Of a DNA stretch of 64,000 nucleotides, positions 51,991 through 64,000 are shown piece by piece. Made by a program: the position numbers and the translations under genes. The notes beneath the pieces are model-generated. The model saw nothing but the letters and a program-made list of their open reading frames with translations, did no database searches and had not been told where the DNA came from. Origin of the DNA: Catajapyx aquilonaris (lineage: Eukaryota); the NCBI GenBank assembly GCA_000934665.2, contig KZ537989.1, positions 1 through 64,000 on the forward strand, in the 5' to 3' direction. The stretch's first letter is position 1. Every line of letters begins with the position of its first letter.

Positions 51991-54900
51991 TGAATTTCGT
52001 AATCTTGAGATTCGCAAGCCATGCGGATCACTTTTTTTTGGTGGTACGGTTTGCAATCATCCACAGTGACAGCCACTGTGGCCTCTTTCCCAGTGATTTT
52101 TTTGCTGTGTGTGTGCGCGGCATAACAGAGAACAAGTAATAAAAATCGAAGTCAACACAGTTGGGAACGACGGATATATCTTAACGACTTTGGTTGTGAT
52201 TTGAAGGAATCCTTTTTGGATGGCCGGTTGTCACGTAGTAAAAGGTCCCTGCTTGTATCGATTTGGAAGTAATCGGCTGCCTATATTGATTTATTAAATG
52301 GTACACATCGAGAGGAGGGAGGGTTTACCCCCCCAAAAAGTTTTGTGTGTGAGTCCCCTGCACGAGGATTGATGCATTGCAGTGCTTGCTTGGGTTATTG
52401 ACCACCTGAAGGATGGGACAATTTTTGTTGGCCACGTGCATGCCGCTCGAAAAGAAGAAGAAAAAAAAATCTGCCATGCGAATGGGAAAGGCATGGTTAC
52501 AATGGTGCGGCACACCGCATTACCTCAGAACAATGGCAGTAGTAGGTCACTTTCCCGAATTTTTCTAGCCTTGCAAAACGCAGGTTGTCCAGCAATATTT
52601 TTGCAGGTGGTATACACCCTGTACACTTGACTAACTCAGTCACGTAACCCCTGCGAGCTGGTTCTAATTTAGCTTCCTTCATAATTAAAAGAGGGGCTGA
52701 CTTCCACGTAATATTTCCGGTGCTTGGGTGTTACCAAACGGAATTGGAAATGTGGTGTTGTGGACCACCCAAAGAGTGGCTTCTTTGGCCCGGTCAAGAC
52801 CCTCGCGAAAAGACGTGACCTCCTAGATTTACTGACCCAACTGGAGCATGTGCTTCAATTTTTTCGCACGCCTTCTTGCTTCTTCATTTCACTTCCGCGC
52901 TTTATTGCTGCCCTTTCACACACACACACACCTGTGCACTTTTTGTACACCAGGCAAGGTGTTGCTTAAGAGGGAGGTCAATGGCTGGGCAACTCTGTTC
53001 TTTTGGCGACCAGTTAGTCTTTCTGGTCCTCATCGGTATTCAGGGCTTGCCGTTGGCGAAAATTGAGAAGGGTTCCCTAGCTGTTGGGGGGTAGAACCCA
53101 GGAGAAGGTGCACATGAGGTGGGGGGGTATAGGAAGGGGGAAAGAATTTCATTTCCTGTTTGACGAATTCCTTACTAGAGTCCTCTTTTGTGGGGGGTCA
53201 CCCGGGTCTCGTTTGTCGTGGGTTTTCAGGGGGAAATGATTGCAGGTTGTTGTCATGGACGAGGGGTTTTTTGGCGGATTTTGATGGGCTTATGGGGGGA
53301 TTTTCGGTTTGGGTGGGGGAAGTAGGTGTCAGAGGTGGACAAAACTGATGGTGTTTTATGGGGTTCGTAGGTGTACTAAAATTATTAGCAGTAATGCCCG
53401 TTTTGTAACACATGGACGGACTTGCTAGCCGCAAGATTATAGGAATGGAAATCAGTACTTGAGATGCCTAGTTTCGCAATTTTATCGAGCAAATGAAGGA
53501 AATCCGAGTTTCAAAACACTTTCCCGGTAATAAGAAAGTGTGATATCAGACAGTGAATGTTATTTTCTCTCCGAAATTCCAGTGGCTTTTAATAATGCAC
53601 TTGTACAGTTGCCGGGTTTAATCCGACCTTTTAATGCAGCAGTTGGCAAACCTGCAAGGCCGGCTTATTTTTTCTCCCCTTAAAGTTTATTTTGGTTGCT
53701 AATGCTGCCCGACGAACTTAAAAGTATAAACCGTAGAGTCTCGGTTGTTTTTTAAATGCCAAGGGAAATAATTCAGGAGCCTTAATATACACGGCTGCCA
53801 TCCAGCCACGATGGCAACTGGCTAGTTTGAAATGCGTGTTTAGAAAAAGGGTATAAAGACACACGGTGCGTGCAATTTTTTTGGGGGTGGTTTTGATATA
53901 TTTTTTTGGAATGGGCGTTGCTTTCAAGGCTGTTGGCAAATCAAGGATCACGCAAACAACCTGATCGATATCCAGCCCCGGTGTCAAGATCCTCTTTGCG
54001 ATTTTTTTCCCCCCTCCTATACCCTGCCCACTCCCTAGAAGGATTTTGGCCGCAAAACGTGATTCGACTACCGTCAATTCAGAAGGGAAAATAAATAGGA
54101 GAATAGTACTGGCTATTTTTGCAGGGCGTGCGTAATCGGGATATTGCCAAGGACTTGAGCTTATCTCAGCTTTGCCCTAATCCGGAATTAATTCCGAGTG
54201 CCGGAAGCGGCGATTGGGAGTGTGACCTCCCCTAAAGGTGACTTTATACGACTCAAGGCTGGATGTGACGTTGGCAGGAGACTATCCTATAGGTGGGCTT
54301 TAGCACTATTTATCGTTGGGTCTATAGGCAGTAGGAGCTGGATACACACCCCTCTGGAGAGGAAGTGGCCTGAGTGTTGTAGCGTGTGGGGTTGGATGGT
54401 GGTGAAACATCACATTATGCAATTGGGTCCATCATTATTCTCCCAGCCCTTTTACCTTGGTCAGAAGTCGATAATCCTACCCCCCCTTTGCTCAAGTTCA
54501 TTGGCCTAAGGAAGAGGCCTGAAAACGGATGCTCGGGAGATTCTGCCTTGGAACCGATTAAAGGACGTCTAGGAGTTGATTAATTTTGTAGCATTGGTTA
54601 AGCTTCGCCATGGTTTATAAAGCAGCTGGGTAATGGCATGTTCCAAGCGGTGGCAAAGCCCAAATTGCAATTTGCACACACGTTTGGGTGGATGGAAGGA
54701 TTCGCATTGACAGCGGACCGAATCAAGGATGGGAGAAAAAAATATGTGTCATATCTGTCCTTGCTTGGTTAAATTATGGAGGAAGTGAGCAGCATCGTGA
54801 GGTGACCATTTGAATGGGCGGTTCCCATCACGAGCAACCCGCATACCTCATAAGCGGTACTGTTTTCTTGGTTGTGTTTTTTTTTTTCTTCTTCTTGGGG

Positions 54901-56965
54901 CTGACCATCGACTTCTGACCTTCCACAATCCGCGTGCTTGACAAATGAAGCGAACCCTCCGGCCAACCCACGTCAATCCTCCAACCGCCTTCGGTCTCCA
55001 TATAAAAGCAGTGGAGGAGAAAACCGCCCTTGAGGAGTCAGTCGTTGGTGCTTGCTGGCTGCGTCACTGGGACAGGATAATTCCACATTAGCATAATGAT
55101 GGCAGCGCGAGAGAGCGTTGGAGCTCCGCAAGAGCACATTGACTCGCACAAAGGCCAGCTTTCAGATGGTGAGGACTGTTTCCTGGGGGGCTGTGAAGAC
55201 AAGTGGGCCTCTGTTATACTGGGGAAGGGTGAGGCGGGATTGCGAGTTTACGACGTTTTAAATAAAATGGTCAGCGGGCCACACCAAAGTTCACTGGGTT
55301 CGACCTTGCTGTAATTATGAATGGTGCGGATCATATTTTTCGTGGCTGTTCAGGCGAGGCAAAAGCGGTATCATTGCGTGCAATGCAGGATACAATGTGA
55401 ATTTTTTTTCCAGGGCTCTCGGGGGGAATGCGAGAATTGAAGGATATGTTGGCAAAAAATTGAAAAATTAAATTGTGTATTGTCAGGCAAACATGGGTCA
55501 TTATCTTGTGATTTGGAGTGAACCAAGGCATGTGGCTGACTTGATTTTAGTTCGAAGTCGTATAATCTGTTGAATTATTTCTCTTCAGGTGGAAGGGCGC
55601 AGGTCATGAGAATTGCGTATGGCGATTTTTTTAAACAAAAATGAGCATGGGAATTTTTGCTGTTGAACCTTGCTATTCATGGCCGTGCCTTGTAGCAGTG
55701 GCGTGCAGTGCTAGCGGGCAGCCCTGTACTAATAGCATCGAGTCACGTGATGGTCATGCCACAGACCTGTCCTTTTTTGCATAATACATTTTCACACGGG
55801 CCGCAGTGCCCTGTATTCATGTACCGGTACTACGAGTATCTTAGTTGCTGGAATTATCGTGCATTGTTGCCACTTTGGTGCAGTCCATTGCTTCGTTGTG
55901 GCATTGATGTGCCAGATCAGGCCATGAAAATTCTGGTCCTCAGGTCTTCTGCACAGTGCAGTGGATCGATTCTTGTTTATAGAATACTATTTGGAGTGTC
56001 AGTGCTGCGCTGGCCAGCATCACGGACCATCTTCTGCGTGTACCCCAAGCCAGAGCAAATGTGAATTGGTATTGCACGAATAATTCTCTGGCCGGAGTGC
56101 AAACAAGGCCCGGCGCGGCGGGGTCCACAGCAGATGACATGATTTGTCCGGCCATGACAAAAAGAGGGGAGAAATCCATTAGAACCTGATCTGAGCTTGG
56201 TCTGTTTATCAACGCTCGAGTTCGTTCCCCCCCTCCAATTGAAGCCTTTTGTTTACACAACTCTGCCTCCCACTTTATAAACACACCTGTCGCGTTGGCC
56301 AAATCCCACGTATCTAATTAGAATTTACTACCGACATGGAGCATTTTTTTTTTGTTCCCCTGCGGAAGATATTTCTAGTCTTATTCGAATCTTGTCTCCT
56401 TATACCGGTCTTATCCTTCGAACGTGCCGGGAACGATGGCCCTTTCGAGAAGTCAGCCCGAAGCAATCGAGGTCCTTCACTTTTTATGCACTTTTTTTGC
56501 CATTTTGCGATAAAATGGTTTGGAAACTGGTAGCAAAAAGGGCGTATGTGGCAAGCAGTCGCGACTCCCGACAAAATTTCCGGAACATTTTCTAATCGCA
56601 ATGTGGAAACCTCCCCATGGGCAGACAAAAGGGCGTCTGAGAACTGCATGCGGGCCATTTTATTCTGCAGTCATATATAGGACGTTATGCGTGTGGAGTT
56701 GCAGCATGGCGCGGTGTATAGCCGGTGGTAATGGAATAATGGTGTAGCGAGACATTGCAACGAGGTTAGCGTAGCTCTTGGAAACAGAAGGCCCCTTCTT
56801 CATGGGAGGCATCTCGTGTCTCACCCTATTTGCCCTTCTGCCGGTGCCTGCTTCCCTTCATGGAGAGTGAATTTTCTCCCTGCTTAGCTTATTTCCAGCT
56901 TGATTAAAAGCCGAGGACGAGATTTTGGAGAGCAGGAGCCACTGCATTCACAGCAGACTCACCAC

Positions 56966-57070
56966 GGAAGGAAGGAAGGAAGGAAGGAAGGAATGGCTGA
57001 TCGATACATTCTGTGGAAGAGGAAAGAGAGAGAGAGAGAAACACTGAGAGAGAGAGAGAGAGAGAGGAGA
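56966..57070. repeat. (GGAA)n and (GA)n simple repeats in msn intron 2
   Basis: About 7 GGAA units at 56966-56993 and two GA runs at ~57025-57066. Confidence 0.9.
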
Positions 57071-60000
57071 ATGCGCCTCTTTAGATAACCTATCTCACAG
57101 TTGCCTGCACTCGGGCTGCTATGTCTTTGTCCATTATCCCAGCCAGTTCAGGCCCGCTATGAAGTGGCTTCCAGCCGAAGATGAATGCGGTGTAGGTCTG
57201 GATGACCCCTGGGTTGCATGGGCTGCCCTCGGAGCCAGATAGCTAGTTGCTGGCAGGAGAACAAGTTTGGAACAATGTTGCATCTGGAGAGATGAATGCG
57301 ACTCACCTTGCGGAACAATGCCTAACAAAGAGGGAGAGGTTTCACAAGGAATCGATTTCCCCATTTGCAATTATTGCCGGCCTTGGGAGTTCCGGAGTGT
57401 TTTGTCCATTGCTTCTCTTGCGAATGCTGGCCAAGAGCGGCCTTGGAAGGTGTGTGGGCCCACCTTGGCCTCCACCCATCACCACAATGAAGAGTAGGCT
57501 AATTTCCGCCTTGCCCGGGGTTTGTTTTGTTTGTCTGCTGCATTGCTGTGGTCGGCCATTTCGGGGGTATACCCCCGACCGTGTTCTGCGTCGCCGGCGC
57601 AAATTGGCCACGACGGAACTTGTGCCTCGGCCTGTACCAAAATCTCATTATGCCGCGAGGAGACATGGGAGACTCCAAAGTTGAGCGAATTCTCCCTGGT
57701 GGCACGCCCAGAATAAGTTGGTCCCCCTCTGGGAGGACATTCTTGAGAAGTGCCGTCATCGCTGCTGAAGCTGCTGGCTGCTGATGGACCACTCCTTGCT
57801 TGCATGTGACCCACGCAAAGTGGGCCAGTAATTCACTCGAACAGACCACAATGGTCAAAGCCACTTGGAAGCGAAATCCTGCGGGGATATTTTGCCACGG
57901 GTAGCAGACAGGTTTTACCAACGTATTTTGTGTGCGGTGTAAATCGGGCCGAAGAGGAGGAAATGGGCGTGGAGATTCCTCCTGATCCGAGGCCACTTTG
58001 GTTGCTGCCCACTCTGATTTTTCCATCAGTTTGAGAGCAGCACCACTGGAGCAGAATTATTTTTCACCCTGTTGCGGCTAACCTTGGGCAAGGACGAAAG
58101 CCCAGGAGGAAGTGGACTTTCTGCCACCTCCCCAGCAGCTGCCAGAAGAAGTTGATGACTCCTTACATTGTGTCCCCACCAAATGCCTCGATTCCATCTT
58201 TTGGGGAAGGTGATGAATGGCTCTCTCGACCCCCAGACGGTTCAAAAGGCGGGCTGTTGTAAGGCACGTGGAGATGAAAATTGCATTATGAGGCCGTGAT
58301 GATGAATTGGGTGGGGGCGAGGACAGGACGTGATAAAATACGGGATCAAACGGAATTTCCCTTTGGAATGAAATCAAGGAAGATTTTCGGATATATGTAT
58401 CAACCTGGACACTTATTGGCGCTATTAATTTGGAGAGGGGTGGACTTATCTGATGTCTTGAATTACTCGGGAGGATTTCCGTCCCACAGATCGATGGGGG
58501 GCTGCATGCGAGATTATTTACAGTTGCCAGCTAAACGCTCATTTCCGTCATCATGTGCTGAAAGAATGATCGGTAGCGATTGCCTTTGGCTGCCGGCTAT
58601 TTTTATAGCCATGAGAGCACTGTCTGCATAAATAAGATTGCGACAAAAAACACTGCCAATATCTGGTGCCCTCGTTTTTTTAAATCATGCAGGGTGTTTC
58701 ATTCAGCGCCATGCTCGCAAGTTGACCAAGGGTTAAAATTGGGAGTCGGGGTAAGAAGGGCAGGATTTTCTTGGCGCCACCTTGAATGCGTGTGCCAGTG
58801 AACTTGGATGGACTGGGATGGGGTCAAGAACCAACTCTTTGATGACTGAAAAGCCTGGCACTCATCCCGCTGGCTTTTATCTCCATTGCCATGAAAAGAA
58901 GCGACAGCTTGGAGAATAGAGATACGGGGAATAAAAAAACATACACACGTCATATTACGCACACGCACATGGTACGTATTCGTTATTTTGAATGGGATCC
59001 ACCGTCAGAGCAGGTGCAGGTTTTCTTTACCTGGATCCTTGAGGGCACTGGGAGGGGCAACCTTTTGGCCTTCGAGGATCTTGAATCGGTTGGTCGTAAT
59101 TATTCCGTGCGAAGATGTACGGTGCTGTGGAAAAAAAAGTCGTTTTCGTGATAAGACAGGTGTTGGGGTCGTATTTGTGTAATCAAGCCGACATTGACCG
59201 CCATTCGTATCGGGCACTTTTTATCATTCATATCAAGGCCCAAACTGTGTTGTCAACACAGGCATTGTGCCCTGTTATCTACTTTTTTTCCGGGGGTGTA
59301 TAAATATAGCGCTTTAATGGATCATTTTGTGCACGTCATGTCACCGGCCCTTGACGTACTTATCTGTACAAAATACCCCAATTTTGTTCGAGTATCTGCA
59401 GGCAGTTAGCGCATAATTGGAGACAGGCGATTATTACACAATTTTTTTTGAAGGATTTGTGTACACGGATAATTGAGGCCTGAAGTATGGCCCGTTTTGT
59501 CACAAACGAGTACCGTATATAGTTTATTTCCTCCGCCACATCGCATCAAGTGTAGTAAAACCTGCCAATATCCGGGAGGACGAACCATCCTGTCGAGCAT
59601 GATTGGGGAGGATCGTGATAAGGAAAGATCCGCTGTTCGTTCTACCAAATGATCCCTCCAGGTCCATACAGTAGCATAATACAACAGCTATAGCGGATTT
59701 CCATGAGAAACACAACCTAAAGATCCTCACTTTATTCCTGCGCGCAGCACTTTTGATCGTTCCCTCACTTGAACATGGCATGCAAATTGGAGCTTGCATA
59801 ATTTCATTGGGATCCGGCCGAATGGTTCGTAAAAGTTGAGCTGGGGGGAACTAACCGGAATGGAAGGGTTTAAGCTGTCGGCGCGGCCATTTAGGATGTG
59901 GTGCACCCTTTTATATATATATATATATATAAAAAGGACTTCTTACGTACAAGTGACGATGAGTCCCCGTGCCACCCCGTTAGATACCCTAGAACGGCAC

Positions 60001-63000
60001 TTTTTTGTTCACTCTCTCCGGAAGGATGAGGCAGAAACAAGTTACGAGCCAAGAATGTTGGACCAGAATAGAGCAGAACGTGCGTTGAGCCTTATCAGGG
60101 GTTGGGTGCTAATTTTTTTGTTTTGTTTTCCAGGGGGGGGGGGGGGCGGTGCAGGTGTTGTACTCTGGGGGAATCACATTTACAAACAGTGTGGATGATG
60201 TCCTGGGAATGTGGGCCATATCATGGGGATTGCAGCGCGGTCATTAGCAGGCGGGGCGGAAACTCTTGTGACGGACGGATTTTTGTGGAGTTTAATGTCA
60301 ACAGTAGTGCCGTAAGGATCTGACGCAACCATAACTTTCGCTTCGTAAATCATGGTGACCGAGGGTATGCCAGGCTATAAAATGCACGGTGCTGGCAATG
60401 CCCGGAGAGAAAGTCCTGGAATGCCCCCGGATGATCAGGAAAGTGATTTCGGTCCCTCTGTGATGCGGGCAACATGGGGATCGAGTGACAGCAGCACCCC
60501 CCAAAGACCTCTCCATCCGTCTTTCAAAAGTTGTGGGGGAAAAGATGGCGAAGAAAGAAATTCCCAGCAGGGGGAAGAAAGAAGAAGATGGAGAGAAAAA
60601 AATTGTAGAGGGATATGTTCCAACTTCCCCCTATGGTGCAATCGTTTTCCATTCGAGTTTTTCAGTAATGAATTGGAAGTGATTCCTAACCTGTTACTCT
60701 TCAGGGAAATTAGCCTAACCATAAGGTGATGATGCGTCATCACCTGCTGGTGCTGTGGTGGACAAATCCATGTAGGTCGTGTTCATGTCCAATCTGGGGC
60801 GTGAGAAGGATGTGGCTCTAAAAATTACTCGGAATTACAATTTTTTGGGCAGGGGAAAACACCCCCCTTGAAGTCACGTTCCGGATAGGAGTCTATTCTT
60901 GGAGAAGAAAAGTCCTATGGCCATGCTTTCACTGTCGAAAATCGTTAAAAATACTGGCCCCAACTAAGAACGGTTCTTTTTGGTGGTGCAAACCTTTCAA
61001 GAGAGAACTCCACCCTCACATTTTGAGGGAGGAATGCCGCCCTACAGAGTTTCTAGAAACCGCGTCGTGCTATTTACACACAGACGAAAAAAAAAAAGGC
61101 ATGAGGGGATAATTAGTTCCCTTTCGCATATTTGTGGCGACATCAGGGTTCAGTTGGAGAGAGGACACATCATCACATTGCAGGGTGAAAGCCCAGGCCT
61201 ACATTGTCAGAGGGAAGTTTTCAAACCGGCCTGATTCATACCTTAGGTGGTAGTTCAAGGATATGGCTAAGGAGTTCCGCAAAATTTGCGTAATTCCCTC
61301 CCAAATGATGTCACTTTGCACACTGACGTAGTTGGGATGAGGATGGAATATTGATGGATCTTAAGTCATGATGGAAACTCAGTCGCATATACTGTATGCA
61401 GTGCAGTGTCTCAAATCGGGCAAGTCATTTGAGTTCTTGAAAACTTGTGAACACCCTGTAGAAGGCAGGCGTACGTTTTGAATGAAATTAGTGCCGCTTA
61501 ATGTGCATAATAAACACTAGCCTTAAGCCATCACAGAACTCCCCTTCTTGGTAAAGAGTTTAGAGCCAATTAAAGCTTATTATCATAATGTATTTTGTCG
61601 TCGCCGTGGGTTAATGATAATTAGCCGGGGTGGCAGACGGAACTTCAGGTTACCGCGTGATTAGCAACAATAATTTTTGGGTGTACACTCACGTGGGGAG
61701 ACATTGATCCTGGCAGCTGGAGGCGTCCAGGTGATAAATATTGCAGAGGAGTTGCCGTCGAGGGAGTTGGGGGGGGGGGGGGNNNGGGGGGGGTCTTATC
61801 TCCCCTGCACCTTTTTTCCCCCAACCCAGACCGACCCGAAAAAGGAGGTATCATCTTCGCCCAGGTGTAATCGGAGCAGGAGCTAAAGAAGGGGCTTGTT
61901 CAGGGTGGGCAATCTGAGAGAAATCCGGGTGCCGATCAATTCCCGGGCTTCCAAAATGTCAAAGCCCACGAGATTGCCAAAGGTGAATAAGATCCTTGCT
62001 AGAGGAAGCATGGGGGGAGGTATAGGATGCGAATGAAAGAGTTTTTTTTTTTTACGACCCGCCCACATTTTTGGCAGACCTTTTTTTTAGTGCCTATAAT
62101 AACACTCTTCTTGGTTTTCATCTGAAACTGGTGGTTGGTGGTGAGGGTGAAGGTTTTCAGGTTAGGTTTCTGTGCTCAAGTTGTCTAAGGATTTCCGCGA
62201 AGTGTTTTCTTCGTAGGTATATCCATGAGCGGAACTGTATCTGGAAAACGAAATGTCTCCGAAAATTACTTCATGTGGAAGTATTCACTGCGTTACAGTA
62301 GTGCTTTGTTACAGCCTGAGCCCTTTATTTTAAATAATACGTGCCGTAGCTTTAGTTCGGCCAATTACACTGGCCAAGACCTTCACCTGTTGCATTGAGG
62401 TCAAATTGCAGTGCACAGTACAAAGATTTATGTGCAGAGTCTAGTCGTTCACTGGCCGGGCTGATGGACTGAAATCATTATCGACATAGCATTGATGGTC
62501 CCGATGTATCAGCATCGATGAGCGAATCCCTCAGGCGGAAACCCGACATGACTAATAAGAATTCCGAAGGTGTGAGCAATCAAAAATGCTGCGTTGCGAA
62601 GGTGTGCGTGATTATGTCCAGCGGTTTGTCTTCCGTGGGATGGCCAATAATTTATGGGGTGCACCGTATGGTAATTATCCTTAGCACAAGATGCATGGGT
62701 CCGAGGTGTGGAAGTGACTTTTGAACCAACCATAATTGCGCATTAGGAGCATACGCGGAAGGCAAACTGCAACTTGTGTAACTACCCGAATTTTGCTACC
62801 GGTTGGTATGGTAGGCTGTTGCGGAAACCAAACCTTCAGTGTATATGGTGGGAATTTTTCAAATTACAATTTACAAATCGTAGGCAATTAGTAGTCAGTA
62901 TCGAAAATTAAACAGACCGCGGTTTGACCACCATTTATTGGCTCCAGTGAGCGCAGTGTTTCGACGTCATTGTGACGCAAAGGGCCGGATTCCTGAGATC

Positions 63001-64000
63001 GGGTTGGTTACCTCGGTTTTTGCGGATCCGGGTTTTGAACCCGGTTTGAGTCAACACGAATCTGCTGGCTGACCACACCTTGAGAACCGTGTGGGTTCGA
63101 TCCGTTTAGCTGGTAGCATTATTTGTTGGAGTGTTCTCAACTCGATTAGATGCAGTGGGAGGCCCCCACCGGCTTAATTGAAATAAATCGTGCCTCCAGA
63201 CAAGAACCAGCGCTGAATATTTGGCAGAGTTCCCCGTTCAAAGACCTCTCGCGTTGGCTCCAAACGGAGTTCTCTTGACCTTGAATCAAAAAGCGTGGCC
63301 GATTCAACCCCTGTGTGTGCATGGTTACATCAAGCTCTGTAAAAAAAATGTTCAAAAAAATCTAGTTTATCTCGGTTACAGACAAGTGTTGCATTCGGTA
63401 TGATACAATGTGGGTCAACTCGTGCCATTACCATACACGTGCATTGCTTGTACAGGAAACGGAAGGATATGAAAAGATGCATAAACAGTCACGGATCGCA
63501 CCTAGAGGGCAACGGTTTTCAACGGTTTCATGGATGATGAGAGGTTGTTAGGTACATATTGGTCGCATGGTGTTATCTGCTATAGAAATGGTATATGTCG
63601 AGGCGTTTCCTGGATGGTGACTCGTTCTGGTGGAGAAAGGGAAGGTCGGCTAGGAATTTCGACACGTCGTTGTCACCTTATTCGTCTCTGACTCAGGAAT
63701 CCATTAGCGAAAGGTCGTCCCCCCACTTCCTCCAACACACCGCGGCTATTTACACTCGATTGACACTTCGATACTGTACAGCGTCGACATTACTATACAC
63801 CCTCGATAATTATAAGAATCGTTGAGTGCACCTGGTTCCTTCTGGCTGGCCGCCATTTCGGACAAGCAGAGGCCCTCGTACGTGAAGATGAGGGCCGTCG
63901 ATGACCTTGGCAGAAATACCCTTTCTGTTGTGGTACCCTTGTTTCCATCTTCCCCGAGCCGCGTAATGGCCGAGAGTTCCTGAAGGACGTGCCTCTTCCC

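Overview
Eukaryotic (animal, most likely arthropod) genomic DNA with spliced genes, so the six-frame ORF track is mostly noise. Three protein-coding genes can be assembled by hand from GT-AG junctions with consistent phases. (1) A + strand NT5DC2/3-like HAD 5'-nucleotidase-domain gene: 8 exons, 2197-12690, with its first exon(s) probably upstream of the window. (2) A complete two-exon - strand Spot14/MID1IP1 (MIG12)-family gene: 42651-42593 + 39924-39258, 241 aa, with a TATA/CCAAT promoter. (3) The first two coding exons of a + strand misshapen/MAP4K4-family Ste20 kinase, whose second intron runs off the window end. The first ~19 kb looks CpG-poor by eye and is packed with small transposons: Tigger/pogo, Tc1/mariner, piggyBac, hAT and Harbinger-like MITEs and tRNA-derived SINEs, several with intact TSDs. 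The rest looks CpG-rich and almost free of recognisable TEs, and carries clustered SREBP/NF-Y/CRE/bZIP motifs around the Spot14-like gene plus uORFs and AP-1 sites at msn. No prokaryotic-type system (CRISPR, operon, defence island) is present, and I found no clearly novel protein family. All gene and repeat-family names come from motif recognition, not database searches.
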